Shown here piece by piece: positions 26,478 to 37,240 of a stretch of DNA of 64,000 nt (its first letter is position 1; every line of letters starts with the position of its first letter). The DNA is from an uncultured Alphaproteobacteria bacterium. Lineage in GTDB: Bacteria; Pseudomonadota; Alphaproteobacteria; RF32; CAG-239. Below the pieces are notes generated by a model. It saw only the letters and a program-made list of their open reading frames with translations, ran no database searches and was not told the DNA's origin. The translations under genes and the position numbers were made by a program. The stretch is taken from NCBI GenBank assembly GCA_934273635.1, contig CAKQSV010000001.1, forward strand, positions 85,393 to 149,392. The letters are read 5' to 3'.

Positions 26478-27915
26478 TTGTCCACCCGCCAAACGGATAA
26501 GAATAGTCGTCATCATTGCCCACTTTAGGCTCAGGCATACCTTCCTCCGGCGCGAAAGTCGGCTCTTTGCTAACGCTGATGTCTCGCTGTTTGGCGTTTT
26601 CCCACTCCTGACGGATGGCGTTGAGTTTTTCTCCGGAAGAGAAAAAGCCCTGCTCCAACTCCGGCGTAACCGCAGACACTGTCGGCGCTGCCGGTTCGGG
26701 CTCGGATTGAAGAGCAGAAACCGCGTCTAAGGACGGCGCGGCTGTTTCTTCCGCCTCGGTATGGTGATTGATAATAATTTCAGGCATAGCGACCGGCTCA
26801 GGCTCGGTGACTGCCGCCGGCTCAAACGTAAACTTATTCTCAACAGCAACGGTTGGTTCAGGTTCAGCGGGCGCGGGCGTTTCAAAATGAGGTTCAGCCT
26901 CAGCGGACTGCGGCGCGCCAAAGCTCTTGGCAAATGCCAAAGACAAAGGATCTGCCTCGGTCGCGGAGGACGGGCTCGTTTCCGGCTCGGGCTCGGACTT
27001 TTTGCGGCGGGTGAAGGTGTTTATAAACAGGCGGCGCGCATTTTCAGACAAGCGGTTTTCAGGCTCAGAAGTTGGCGTTGAAATTTGATAAGATTGTGGT
27101 TTAGCCGCCACAACCGGCTCAGGCTGTGGCTCAGGCTCGGTCATTTGCGCGCGAGCCAATGTCAAATCGCGGTTTTGACGGATAGAATCGGCAGGAGAGG
27201 CCAACAGAGAAAAGACTTTTCCCATAACGCCCGTTTCTAAAACATTTAGAAACAAGCGCTCGCGGTCGTGTTTTTCAAGCGAGCCTATCAAGGTTTGGTA
27301 ACGAGAGCAAAACTCAAGTATTGTTCCGCCCAACACCACATCACGCAGGGCTTTTTGCAATAATCTGTCAGGCAGATTGGGCTGCGTTTGGCTCAATTCA
27401 ATAATCACCTTGCCGAAAGCCCATTTTCCACCATTTTTAACCTTAACCCACAGGTGATCAATTTGTTCCGACGAGGACAAACCGCCGCGGGCAATAATTT
27501 CTGACAACAGCTCGTTCATATCTGCCACAAAAACATCAAACTTGCTTAATATGATATTGTCTTGAAGATTTTGGCGTGCCTCAAGCATTACTTTAGCGAT
27601 GACATCGGAATATTCCTGATTTTTTTTCATCTGTTTGAACAAAGAATACATATTTTTGTTCAAGACCGACGCGCTAAGATATTGATAAACATAGCCGAAA
27701 ATCGCCCAAAGGATAAAAACCGGCAACACGACCACCGCCGTGGTGACGGCAAACGCATTAGCGCCATCGCCCCCCAAATTGCCCAAAGCATAAAAAAACC
27801 AAATCACACTGGCAAAAACCGAAAAGAAAAATGCTGCTGACAACACGGTCGTACTCCTTAAATCTTCTGACTTATTGCCGCTTATTCTATTCCAAATCTG
27901 AATTTTTGCAAACAA
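26455..27915 (-). CDS. membrane protein (2 N-terminal TM helices) with a C-terminal Pro/Glu-rich (PEPEP) low-complexity region
   Basis: Contains VLSAAFFFSVFASVIWFFYAL and FAVTTAVVVLPVFILWAIFGYVY, plus multiple PEPEP/PEPQPEP tracts. Confidence 0.5.
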   Translation of the reverse strand: MFAKIQIWNRISGNKSEDLRSTTVLSAAFFFSVFASVIWFFYALGNLGGDGANAFAVTTAVVVLPVFILWAIFGYVYQYLSASVLNKNMYSLFKQMKKNQEYSDVIAKVMLEARQNLQDNIILSKFDVFVADMNELLSEIIARGGLSSSEQIDHLWVKVKNGGKWAFGKVIIELSQTQPNLPDRLLQKALRDVVLGGTILEFCSRYQTLIGSLEKHDRERLFLNVLETGVMGKVFSLLASPADSIRQNRDLTLARAQMTEPEPQPEPVVAAKPQSYQISTPTSEPENRLSENARRLFINTFTRRKKSEPEPETSPSSATEADPLSLAFAKSFGAPQSAEAEPHFETPAPAEPEPTVAVENKFTFEPAAVTEPEPVAMPEIIINHHTEAEETAAPSLDAVSALQSEPEPAAPTVSAVTPELEQGFFSSGEKLNAIRQEWENAKQRDISVSKEPTFAPEEGMPEPKVGNDDDYSYPFGGWTNADNYNK

Positions 27916-28036
27916 TTTCAGCGACTAATCAAGAGACTTATAGAAACAAAATCAACAACTTTTTAAAATAATAGTCGAAATTTGTTTTTTTTGTGATATA
28001 ACAGGGTCAGTTTTTTTAATTTTGAAGAGAAGAATA

Positions 28037-29008
28037 ATGAATCAGACGAATACGCAGATTTTGGATTTTGAAAAAAATATTGTGGAAATTGAGGCTAAAA
28101 TCGAAGGTTTGAAACTTTTGGCTAAAAATGAAGATGTTGATATTTCTCAAGAGACCAATCGTTTGACTCAAAAGCTCGAACGCCAAATGAAGTTGACTTA
28201 CGCCAACTTGACACCGTGGCAGAAATTGCAGGTTTCACGCCATCCGCAACGTCCGCATTGTTTGGACTATGTTCACGCTTTGATTGAAGACTTTACCCCG
28301 TTGTGCGGTGATCGCCTGTTCGGCGACGACGCGGCGATGATTGCGGGAATCGGACGGTTTCGCGACACGTCGGTCGTGGTTATCGGACAGGAAAAGGGGC
28401 ACGACCTAGAATCCAGAATGAAATATAATTTCGGTATGGCCAAACCCGAGGGATACCGCAAGGCGCAACGTTTGATGGATATGGCGGACAAATTTAATAT
28501 GCCGGTCATTTCGTTTGTGGACACGGACGGCGCGTTCCCAGGGATTGACGCCGAAGCCCGCGGACAAGCCGAGGCCATTGCCTCTTCTATTCAAAAATGT
28601 TTGCAAATTAAAACGCCGATTATCTCTATTGTTATCGGTATGGGCGGCTCGGGCGGCGCGATTGCCATCGCCACCGCAAACCGTATTCTAATGCTTGAGA
28701 ACTCAATTTATTCGGTTATTTCTCCGGAAGGTTGCGCCTCGATTTTGTGGCGTTCCGCCGACAAAGTGCAGGAAGCGACCGAGGCTTTGCGTCTGACGGC
28801 TCAAGACCTGCGTCAATTTGGCGTTATTGATGAGATTATCAAAGAACCGTTGGGCGGCGCGCACCGTGATCCGGCTATGACGATTGAAAAAGTGGGCGAT
28901 TGTATTGCCAAGCACTTGCGAGAACTTAAAAATATGAGCGGGGAAGAGCTGAAAAAACAACGCACGACCAAGTTTTTGGCTATGGGACGCAATCTGCCCG
29001 AGAACTAA
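28037..29008 (+). CDS. accA: acetyl-CoA carboxylase carboxyltransferase alpha subunit
   Basis: Conserved AccA sequence throughout. Confidence 0.9.
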   Translation: MNQTNTQILDFEKNIVEIEAKIEGLKLLAKNEDVDISQETNRLTQKLERQMKLTYANLTPWQKLQVSRHPQRPHCLDYVHALIEDFTPLCGDRLFGDDAAMIAGIGRFRDTSVVVIGQEKGHDLESRMKYNFGMAKPEGYRKAQRLMDMADKFNMPVISFVDTDGAFPGIDAEARGQAEAIASSIQKCLQIKTPIISIVIGMGGSGGAIAIATANRILMLENSIYSVISPEGCASILWRSADKVQEATEALRLTAQDLRQFGVIDEIIKEPLGGAHRDPAMTIEKVGDCIAKHLRELKNMSGEELKKQRTTKFLAMGRNLPEN

Positions 29009-29020
29009 GGACGGTTTTTA

Positions 29021-30139
29021 ATGAGCGAAATCTGGCTACAAATTTTGGGCATAGTCATTGTTGTTTTGCTGTGCGGTAATATGTTTTTGCTCTTTTCAAA
29101 AAAAGAAAATCGCGAGTTGCGCACCCTAGCAGACACTCTGTTTCGGGGGCAAGCGGAGTTGGCGGGGCGGATGTCGCAGCTTTCCGAATCCTCCGCGCGG
29201 CAGCAAGGGCATATTGCCGAGGCGATTAATGAACAAAAAATCTCGGTTCTTAAGCTGATGGATGAAAAATTGCTGGCTGTGACCAAAAGTGTGGGCGACG
29301 GTCTGCAACAATCAACCGACAAAACCGCCGAAACCATTAAAGATTTGCGTGAACGATTGGCCAAAATTGATGTCGCGCAACAAAAAATATCCCACCTTTC
29401 AGAGCAAGTTGTCTCGTTGCAGGAAGTGTTGTCAAACAAACAGGCGCGCGGCGCGTTTGGTGAAATTCAGCTCAATGATTTGGTCAAGTCTATTTTGCCG
29501 CCGTCGGCTTATGAGTTTCAATGCGTGTTGAGCAACCAAAAACGCGCCGACTGCGTGTTAAAGCTACCGAATCCTCCGGGGACAATCGTGATTGACTCCA
29601 AGTTTCCGCTCGAGAGCTATCAGGCTTTGCGCAACGCCGGTTCCGAGCGCGAAAAAATTGAGGCGGAGCGTTTTTTTAAGGCTTCGGTTCTTAAGCACAT
29701 TAAAGATATTGCCGAAAAATATATTATTGCCGGAGAGACGGCGGAATCGGCGTTGATGTTTTTGCCGGCAGAATCGATTTATGCCGAGCTATATACCAAT
29801 TTTACCGATGTGGTGGAAGTTTCTTATCGTTCAAAGGTGTGGATTGTGTCGCCGACCACGTTGATGGCCACGCTTAACACCGTGCGAGCCGTGTTGAAAG
29901 ACGCCACTATGCGCGAACAAGCCGGCGTTATTCAAAAAGAAGTCGGAACATTGGTGGAAGACATTTGCAGGCTTGACGACCGTGTCGAAAGTTTGTCGAA
30001 ACATTTTGAACAAGCCGCCAAAGATATTGGCGACATCAGAATCTCTTCGAGCAAAATATCGCGGCGTATTGATAAAATTGAAGACATTGAGCTGGGCGAA
30101 AACCATCATCCGTTGGCGGTGGAGCATATCGCGGAATAA
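29021..30139 (+). CDS. rmuC: DNA recombination protein RmuC
   Basis: N-terminal TM segment, coiled coil, and the RmuC C-terminal domain. Confidence 0.8.
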   Translation: MSEIWLQILGIVIVVLLCGNMFLLFSKKENRELRTLADTLFRGQAELAGRMSQLSESSARQQGHIAEAINEQKISVLKLMDEKLLAVTKSVGDGLQQSTDKTAETIKDLRERLAKIDVAQQKISHLSEQVVSLQEVLSNKQARGAFGEIQLNDLVKSILPPSAYEFQCVLSNQKRADCVLKLPNPPGTIVIDSKFPLESYQALRNAGSEREKIEAERFFKASVLKHIKDIAEKYIIAGETAESALMFLPAESIYAELYTNFTDVVEVSYRSKVWIVSPTTLMATLNTVRAVLKDATMREQAGVIQKEVGTLVEDICRLDDRVESLSKHFEQAAKDIGDIRISSSKISRRIDKIEDIELGENHHPLAVEHIAE

Positions 30140-30251
30140 AATATGGGATAACTTAGCGATATTTTTTTGTTTTTTATCAATTTGCGATATTGATTTATAA
30201 AATAAAAACAGGTAACTTATAGAAAACTAAATTATATTAAAGAGGTATATT

Positions 30252-30533
30252 GTGACAAAGTCTGAATTGATTGAAAAAATTTTGAATAAAAACCCGCACC
30301 TTACTTTGAAAGATGTTGATCGTATCGTCACGGTGGTTTTGGACAAGATTATATCTTCGTTGGCTGAAGGTAACCGTGTTGAGTTTCGCGGCTTTGGCGC
30401 ATTTTCAGTCAGAACCCGCACGCCGCGCACGGCTAAAAACCCTCGCACCGGCGCTAAGGTGGAAGTGGAAGAAAGAAGAATTCCGCACTTTAAAACCGGA
30501 AAACAACTGCACGAGATGTTGAACGCAAAATAA
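30252..30533 (+). CDS. ihfB: integration host factor beta subunit
   Basis: MTKSELIEK...RVEFRGFGAFSVRTRTPRTAKNPRTGAKVEVEERRIPHFKTGKQL matches IHF-beta. GTG start with AGAGG upstream. Confidence 0.85.
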   Translation: MTKSELIEKILNKNPHLTLKDVDRIVTVVLDKIISSLAEGNRVEFRGFGAFSVRTRTPRTAKNPRTGAKVEVEERRIPHFKTGKQLHEMLNAK

Positions 30534-30560
30534 TAAACCTATGAAAAAAGGGGCTACGCC

Positions 30561-30983
30561 ATGGGATTCATTAAAGCTATAATCGGACTGCCTTTGCTTG
30601 TTATCATTTTGATTTTTGCCTTTGTTAATAACGATTTGGCAACTTTCAGTTTGTGGCCTTTTTCGATTGAGATTACCGTTTCCCTGAGTGTGGCTGTGCT
30701 GTTTTTTATTATATTCGGCTTTTTGCTCGGAAACTTTTTCTCTTGGATGTCTTACGCTCCGGTACGCAAAGATTTGCGCAAACAGAAGAAAAAGAATAAG
30801 AAATTGAGCAAACAGCAGAAAATTTTGGCGGATACTGTCTCTGACCTGCAAGGCAATTTGGAGCAGATTAAGGCCGAGAAAGAGGCGCAAAAGCCCGAAA
30901 AACGCAAACTGTTCGGTTGGTTCGGCAAAAAGCCAGAGGAAGAGGCCGAACCTGTTGAAAATAAAGAAAATGGAACTAACTAA
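30561..30983 (+). CDS. LapA-like (DUF1049) inner-membrane protein
   Basis: Two N-terminal TM helices followed by a basic coiled tail. ihfB-lapA synteny. Confidence 0.6.
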   Translation: MGFIKAIIGLPLLVIILIFAFVNNDLATFSLWPFSIEITVSLSVAVLFFIIFGFLLGNFFSWMSYAPVRKDLRKQKKKNKKLSKQQKILADTVSDLQGNLEQIKAEKEAQKPEKRKLFGWFGKKPEEEAEPVENKENGTN

Positions 30984-31868
30984 ATGAACTGGATTACAGA
31001 TTTTGTTCGTCCGAAAGTGAAAAAAGTTACGGTAAAGGACGAGGATATTGCCGATAATTTGTGGATTAAGTGTCCGGTATGCGGCAAAATGCTTTTCTCT
31101 AAAGAGCTGAAAAAGAGTATGTATGTTTGCACCGGTTGCGGACATCACCTGCGCTTGTTTGTGGACAAGCGTTTGAAAATGCTGTTTGACGGCGATTATG
31201 AAGAGATTGCCTTGCCACACACCAAAGAAGACCCGTTGAAGTTTAAGGACTCTAAAAAATATATTGACCGTTTGCGCTCTTATCGCAAGGCAACGGGGGT
31301 TAATGACGCTATTCGCGTGGCGCATGGTGAAATCGGCGGAATCCCTTGTGTGGTTGCCGCTATGGATTTTGCGTTTATGGGCGGTTCTATGGGTATGGCT
31401 GTCGGTGAGGGCATTGTTAAAGCGGCTGAATTGTCCGCCCGCAACAACTATCCGCTGATTATTGTCACAGCCTCGGGCGGAGCCAGAATGCAGGAAGGTA
31501 TTTTGTCGTTGATGCAGATGGCGCGTACGACCGCGGCAATTAATCAGGTGAAGGAAAAAGGTATTCCTTATATCTCAATCTTAACCGACCCAACCACCGG
31601 CGGCGTGTCGGCATCGTTTGCCATGCTCGGTGATGTGCATATTGCCGAAAAAGGGTGTATTATCGGTTTTGCAGGCGCCAGAGTGATTGAACAGACTATT
31701 CGTGAAAAGTTACCGGAAGGTTTTCAACGCGCGGAATATCTGTTGGAGCACGGCATGGTCGATATTGTGGTAACTCGTTCGGAAATGAAAGAGCAACTGG
31801 TTAAGGTTATTAGTATTCTGACCCACAAAAAACCGGCAATCTGCCGCGCCTTGCTTGAGAAAAAATAA
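30984..31868 (+). CDS. accD: acetyl-CoA carboxylase carboxyltransferase beta subunit
   Basis: CPVCGKMLF...CTGCGHHLRL zinc ribbon plus the carboxyltransferase domain. Confidence 0.9.
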   Translation: MNWITDFVRPKVKKVTVKDEDIADNLWIKCPVCGKMLFSKELKKSMYVCTGCGHHLRLFVDKRLKMLFDGDYEEIALPHTKEDPLKFKDSKKYIDRLRSYRKATGVNDAIRVAHGEIGGIPCVVAAMDFAFMGGSMGMAVGEGIVKAAELSARNNYPLIIVTASGGARMQEGILSLMQMARTTAAINQVKEKGIPYISILTDPTTGGVSASFAMLGDVHIAEKGCIIGFAGARVIEQTIREKLPEGFQRAEYLLEHGMVDIVVTRSEMKEQLVKVISILTHKKPAICRALLEKK

Positions 31869-31894
31869 TCGCCTAAACCGCAACGGAGGGTTAA

Positions 31895-33379
31895 ATGCTT
31901 TCGTTAAAACACATTAACATCAAGTCTTTTAATGAAAATTTGGCTTATCTGAACAAAAACTGCTTGGAATATGCGGTTGATGATATTTCGGCGTTGTCGC
32001 AGGTGGAAATTCAGACCGAAAACCGCAAGATTTACGCGTTTTTGCAAATTGTGGAAGACGACGCTTTTGTCGCGCCCAATCAGTTGGGGTTGAACGACGA
32101 GGCTTTTGCTGATTTGGGCGAGCCGAGCGGCACTGAAGTTTCCATCAGTCTGGCGGCGCCGGCGCCGAGCCGTATGGCATTAAAGCGGAAAATAGCCGGT
32201 AATATTTTATCGCCGCAAGACTATAAATTTATTGTCAAAGACATTATCAACCACCGTTACTCTAATGTGGACATCGCCTCGTTTATCGTGGCGGGAGGCA
32301 CGTTTATCAGCGCTAACGAAGTGTTGGGGCTGACTGAGGCGCTCATCAACAACAATCGTATCAGTTGGGATTATGAAAATATTGTGACCGACTACCACTG
32401 TATGGGTGGAGTTCCGGGAAACAAAACCGACATTATCATCGCTGCGATTGTCGGCGCTTATGGTTTGGCTATGCCGCGGACGGTGGCAAAATCGACAACT
32501 TCTTGCGCCAGTGTTGCCGACACGATGAACGTGTTATGCGACGTAAATCTGAATCAAGAAAAATTTAAGGCGTTGGTGGCCAGCAACCGCGCGGTTATTG
32601 CCAATTATGAGCATTTGGGCATTGTGGAGGCAGTCAAGTCGATTGCCAGCGTGGAGCGCCATATGAGCCTGACGCAACAAGAGTTTTTGCTGACCTCAAT
32701 TTTGGCAATTAAGGCGGCGTCCGGTGTTACGCATTTGTTGCTTGATTTACCGGTGGGCGAAAAATCGCGCGTGAAAACCGCTTATGAGGCGATTAAACTG
32801 CGCAAATTGGCCGAATTTACGGGCGACCGACTGGGTATTGACATTGAGGTTGTGATTACGGACGGACGCGAGCCAATCGGCAACGGCGTGGGCGCGGTGT
32901 TGGAAGCGCGCGACGTGGTTCAAGTATTGAAAAATAAACCTCACGCGCCGCAAGATTTGATGGAAAAATCATTGTTTTTGGCCGGTCGAATTTTGGAATT
33001 TGACCCACAGTTGCGCGGCGGACAAGGATACACCACCGCCGAGGATATTTTAAAATCCGGCAAGGCCTTAGAAAAACTCAATGACATTATTAAAGCGCAA
33101 GGCAAAAAAGAACCCGCGGTTTTGGGCTCGTCTTATCGCGATGTGTTGGCACCCGAAAGCGGTGAAGTGGCGGCGATTGACAATCAACAGATTAACCGTA
33201 TCGGTATTTGGGCAGGCGCGCGGCAATATGCGGGCGCGGGGCTCGACCTGTTCAAAAAAGTCGGCGACACGGTTGAAGCCGGCGAACCGCTGTATCGTAT
33301 TTATGCCACCAATGACGACGATCTGTCGTTGGCGGAATCGGTGGTTGAGAGCGGCAACGCATACACCATTACGGATTAA
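31895..33379 (+). CDS. thymidine phosphorylase-family protein (putative thymidine phosphorylase, ~500-aa type)
   Basis: Glycosyl-transferase family 3 fold with an HCMGGVPGNKT motif and a C-terminal pyrimidine-nucleoside-phosphorylase-like domain. Confidence 0.6.
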   Translation: MLSLKHINIKSFNENLAYLNKNCLEYAVDDISALSQVEIQTENRKIYAFLQIVEDDAFVAPNQLGLNDEAFADLGEPSGTEVSISLAAPAPSRMALKRKIAGNILSPQDYKFIVKDIINHRYSNVDIASFIVAGGTFISANEVLGLTEALINNNRISWDYENIVTDYHCMGGVPGNKTDIIIAAIVGAYGLAMPRTVAKSTTSCASVADTMNVLCDVNLNQEKFKALVASNRAVIANYEHLGIVEAVKSIASVERHMSLTQQEFLLTSILAIKAASGVTHLLLDLPVGEKSRVKTAYEAIKLRKLAEFTGDRLGIDIEVVITDGREPIGNGVGAVLEARDVVQVLKNKPHAPQDLMEKSLFLAGRILEFDPQLRGGQGYTTAEDILKSGKALEKLNDIIKAQGKKEPAVLGSSYRDVLAPESGEVAAIDNQQINRIGIWAGARQYAGAGLDLFKKVGDTVEAGEPLYRIYATNDDDLSLAESVVESGNAYTITD

Positions 33380-33511
33380 GCTAATTTTTCTGATTTTTAT
33401 AATTAAAATATGCAAAATTTTTTGCATATACCCTTGCGGATGCAAAAATCGCTCCCTATATAGCCTATTAGAAAGATTGATAAATGTTAATTTTATTAGA
33501 GGAAACAAATT

Positions 33512-35422
33512 ATGAGCAATAAAGTTATTGGTATCGACTTGGGTACGACAAACTCCTGCTTTGCTGTTATGGACGGTAAAGATCCAAAAGTTTTGGAAAA
33601 CAGCGAAGGTGCCAGAACAACCCCTTCTATGGTTGCTTTTACGGACACGGAACGTTTGGTCGGCTTTCCGGCAAAACGTCAAGCTGTGACTAACCCTGAA
33701 AACACCTTGTTCGCCATCAAACGTTTAATCGGACGTCGTTTTAACTCTCCGGAAGTTGAAAAAGACAAGGCTTTGGTACCGTTCAAAATTATCAACGGTG
33801 ACAACGGCGATGCTTGGGTTGAAGTTAAGGGTCAGAAATACGCCCCTTCTCAGATTTCGGCTATCGTGTTGCAGAAAATTAAGGAATACGCCGAGAGCTA
33901 TTTGGGTGAAAAAGTAGAAAAAGCGGTTATTACCGTTCCGGCATATTTTAACGACTCTCAACGTCAGGCAACCAAAGACGCCGGTAAAATTGCAGGCTTG
34001 GATGTGTTGCGTATTATCAACGAGCCGACAGCCGCAGCTTTGGCTTATGGTATGGACAAGAAGGCTAACGGCACAATCGCGGTTTATGACCTTGGTGGCG
34101 GTACCTTTGATATTTCTATTTTGGAAATCGGCGACGGCGTGTTTGAAGTAAAATCAACCAACGGCGATACGTTCCTTGGCGGTGAAGACTTTGACCAACG
34201 TTTGGTAACTTATTTGACTGACGAGTTCAAAAAAGAAACCGGTATCGACCTCAAAAACGATCGTTTGGCTTTGCAACGCTTGAAAGAGGCCGCTGAAAAA
34301 GCTAAAATCGAGTTGTCTTCGGTTACACAGACAGATATTAACCTGCCGTTTATTACCGCGGACGCAACAGGGCCGAAACACCTGAACATTAAGTTGACCC
34401 GCGCTAAATTGGAATCTTTGGTTGAAGATTTGATTGACCGCACGGTTGCTCCTTGCCAAAAAGCTTTGGCTGACGCCGGTATTAAAGCCAGCGACATCAG
34501 TGAGGTTATTCTGGTCGGCGGTATGACTCGTATGCCGAAAGTTCAGGAAAAAGTAAAAGAAATCTTCGGTAAAGAGCCTCATAAAGGTGTTAACCCCGAT
34601 GAGGTTGTGGCTGTGGGCGCTGCTATTCAGGGCGGTGTTTTGATGGGTGACGTTAAAGACGTGTTGCTGCTTGATGTGACCCCGTTGTCTTTGGGTATTG
34701 AAACTTTGGGCGGCGTGTTCACTCGTTTGATTGACCGCAACACCACAATTCCGACCCGTAAATCTCAGGTATTTTCTACCGCAGAAGACGGTCAGACCGC
34801 TGTTACTATTCGCGTCTTTCAAGGTGAGCGCGAGATGGCGCAAGACAACAAACTGCTTGGTCAGTTTGATTTGGTTGGTATTCCGCCTGCTCCGCGCGGT
34901 ATGCCGCAAATCGAAGTTACTTTTGATATTGATGCTAACGGTATTGTTAATGTTTCGGCTAAAGATAAGGCTACAAACAAAGAACAGGCTATTCGTATTC
35001 AGGCCAGCGGTGGTTTGAGCGACGCCGATATTGAAAAAATGGTTAAAGACGCCGAGGCTAACGCACAGGCTGATAAGCAGAAAAAAGAGTTGGTCGAGGC
35101 TAAGAACCAAGCTGAAGGTTTGATTCATGCCACGGAAAAAACTTTGAAGGAAAATGGCGACAAAATCAGCGCCGCCGAGAAAGAGGCTATTGAAAACGCC
35201 ATGAACGCTTTGAAGACAGCCGCCGAGGGCGATGATTTGAACTCTATCAAAGAAAAAACCGAGGCTTTGATGCAGGCTTCTTTGAAACTGGGCGAGGCAA
35301 TGTATAAACAAGCCGCTCCTGAAGCCGGCGCTACCGGCGCTCAGGGTGCTGAAGCTGGAGCTCAAGCTCAGGAAAGCAAAGACGAAAAAGTTGTCGATGC
35401 TGACTTTGAAGAAGTAAAATAA
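33512..35422 (+). CDS. dnaK: molecular chaperone DnaK (Hsp70)
   Basis: [11 protein letters not shown]..., DLGGGTFD and a C-terminal EEVK. Confidence 0.97.
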   Translation: MSNKVIGIDLGTTNSCFAVMDGKDPKVLENSEGARTTPSMVAFTDTERLVGFPAKRQAVTNPENTLFAIKRLIGRRFNSPEVEKDKALVPFKIINGDNGDAWVEVKGQKYAPSQISAIVLQKIKEYAESYLGEKVEKAVITVPAYFNDSQRQATKDAGKIAGLDVLRIINEPTAAALAYGMDKKANGTIAVYDLGGGTFDISILEIGDGVFEVKSTNGDTFLGGEDFDQRLVTYLTDEFKKETGIDLKNDRLALQRLKEAAEKAKIELSSVTQTDINLPFITADATGPKHLNIKLTRAKLESLVEDLIDRTVAPCQKALADAGIKASDISEVILVGGMTRMPKVQEKVKEIFGKEPHKGVNPDEVVAVGAAIQGGVLMGDVKDVLLLDVTPLSLGIETLGGVFTRLIDRNTTIPTRKSQVFSTAEDGQTAVTIRVFQGEREMAQDNKLLGQFDLVGIPPAPRGMPQIEVTFDIDANGIVNVSAKDKATNKEQAIRIQASGGLSDADIEKMVKDAEANAQADKQKKELVEAKNQAEGLIHATEKTLKENGDKISAAEKEAIENAMNALKTAAEGDDLNSIKEKTEALMQASLKLGEAMYKQAAPEAGATGAQGAEAGAQAQESKDEKVVDADFEEVK

Positions 35423-35440
35423 GCTCATAAACTCCTAAAA

Positions 35441-35476
35441 AAATGTCTATTTTGCAAAAAATAGACATTTTTTTGT
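35441..35476 (+). terminator. rho-independent terminator after dnaK
   Basis: Stem aaatgtctatttt / aaaatagacattt followed by TTTTTTT. Confidence 0.7.
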
Positions 35477-35827
35477 TGCTTATTCAAACGCAAAAGATTA
35501 TCTTGGCAACATCAAATTTATTATTAATCTTTTAAAATACATTATTATGATTTCAAGACATTATGTTGTTTATGTTATCGGAACCTTTTTGTGTTTTCCG
35601 ATACGTTGCATTCACACTGTGATTGAGGAGGATATTAAGCCTGCGTTTAAGCGTAAGTTTAATCACCGTCCTCAGCCGAAGTTCTCTGACGGTAAGACGC
35701 AGAAACTTACCTCTCAGAAGGGTGTTAAACGTGTTTGCGGTCAGTCTCAGAAGAGTATTCGCTTTGACCACACGCACAAGCCACAAAAAGTGGTTGGCTG
35801 AGAGAGAAAAACGACATTAAGTTAAAC

Positions 35828-35872
35828 AAAACGCCGAGCTTTATAAAAATGCTCGGCGTTTTTTTGTATTAT
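35828..35872. terminator. rho-independent terminator downstream of dnaJ (bidirectional)
   Basis: Stem aacgccgagc / gctcggcgtt with a T-run. Confidence 0.65.
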
Positions 35873-35882
35873 AATATCAACC

Positions 35883-37034
35883 TTAAGCAACAGATTTGAA
35901 CAGATCTTTAACCTTGTCGACAAAGCCTTTGCTTTGCGGTTGGCACTTATTGTCTTCTTCCAGTTTTTGAAACTCCGCCAACAGTTCTTTTTGGCGAGAT
36001 GATAAATTAACCGGCGTTTCAACCATAAAGCGGACAAACAAATCGCCTTTATATTTGGAGCGGATGGTCGGCATACCCTCGCCGCCAACCTTAATTTGCT
36101 GGTTGGTCTGAGTGCCGGCGGGGATAGAAATTTCTATCGAACGGCCATCAATGCTTGGGATTGTCATTTTGCCGCCCAACGCCGCGCAGGTCATTGAAAC
36201 CGGCACTGTGGTATAAAGATTTGCCCCCTCACGAGCATAAAGTTTGTGTCCGGTGATGCTGATAAAAACATATAAATCGCCATCCTGACCACCGCGTAAA
36301 CCCGCCTCACCGGCGCCGGCAACGCGCATACGCGTGTCGTTTTCAATACCGGCGGGAATTTTGACTTTGATTTGTTTTTCACTATGGATTAAACCCTCGC
36401 CATGGCATTTTTTGCAAGCGGATTTAATAACACGTCCCTGCCCTTTACAAGTGGGGCAAGTCGTTTCAACAATAAAAAAGCCGCCTTTTTGCGAGTGAAC
36501 TTTGCCGTGTCCGTGACAGGTGGGGCAAATCGGCGCCTCTTTGCCGTCTTCGGTGCCGTAGCCGTGGCAATCTTCACAGACCTCTGAGTGTGGCACGGTG
36601 ATTTCTTTTTCAACACCGGAAAAAGCCTCTTCCAACGAAATTTCAAGGTTGTAACGCAAATCGGCGCCGTCTTGCGCCGCGGTGCGATTATAGCCTCGCT
36701 GACCACCACCCATAAACTCGGAGAAAATATCGCCAAAGATATCACTAAAACCACCGGCGCCGTTAAAGTCAAAGCCAAATCCGCCAAACGGATTGCCACC
36801 CTGCCCATTTTGAAAAGCCTGCTTGCCGTAGCGGTCATAAGCCGCGCGTTTTTGCTCGTCTTTCAAAACGTCATAAGCCTCGTTTATCTCCTTAAAACGA
36901 TTTTCAGCTTCCGGATTGTCCGGATTGCGATCCGGATGGTATTTCATCGCCTGACTACGATAAGCGCGTTTAAGTTCGTCCGAAGTTGCTGTTTTGGACA
37001 CGCCAAGAACTTCGTAATAATCCAATTCACTCAT
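35883..37034 (-). CDS. dnaJ: molecular chaperone DnaJ
   Basis: J domain with HPD, a Gly/Phe linker, and four CxxCxGxG zinc-finger repeats. Confidence 0.95.
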   Translation of the reverse strand: MSELDYYEVLGVSKTATSDELKRAYRSQAMKYHPDRNPDNPEAENRFKEINEAYDVLKDEQKRAAYDRYGKQAFQNGQGGNPFGGFGFDFNGAGGFSDIFGDIFSEFMGGGQRGYNRTAAQDGADLRYNLEISLEEAFSGVEKEITVPHSEVCEDCHGYGTEDGKEAPICPTCHGHGKVHSQKGGFFIVETTCPTCKGQGRVIKSACKKCHGEGLIHSEKQIKVKIPAGIENDTRMRVAGAGEAGLRGGQDGDLYVFISITGHKLYAREGANLYTTVPVSMTCAALGGKMTIPSIDGRSIEISIPAGTQTNQQIKVGGEGMPTIRSKYKGDLFVRFMVETPVNLSSRQKELLAEFQKLEEDNKCQPQSKGFVDKVKDLFKSVA

Positions 37035-37171
37035 GATTACTCTACTAAAAATGTTTTTTATTAACGTATTATTTATTTAAGGCGTTTATCATCAAAAGGC
37101 AAGTAAATTGTGGTATTTTGCGGTGAAAAGCGGCAATAATTTTGTATCGGCGATTCTGTTTAGACAAAATA

Positions 37172-37200
37172 TTGACAAGTTGTCGGAAATCTGGTAAAAT
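37172..37200 (+). promoter_or_regulatory. sigma-70-like promoter for the 1272-aa ORF
   Basis: TTGACA (37172-37177), a 17-nt spacer, TAAAAT (37195-37200), then AAGGAG 8 nt before the ATG at 37241. Confidence 0.5.
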
Positions 37201-37240
37201 TGAGGTAATTTAAGGTTGTTACAAGGCAAGGAGTGTTATC

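Noticed and set aside
34154-35428. 424-aa minus-strand ORF
   Set aside because: Antisense to dnaK. Spurious.
35547-35801. 84-aa ORF between dnaK and dnaJ as a confident gene
   Set aside because: It has no ribosome-binding site and no recognisable domain, and it overlaps short direct repeats. It is recorded only as a finding, not as a called CDS.
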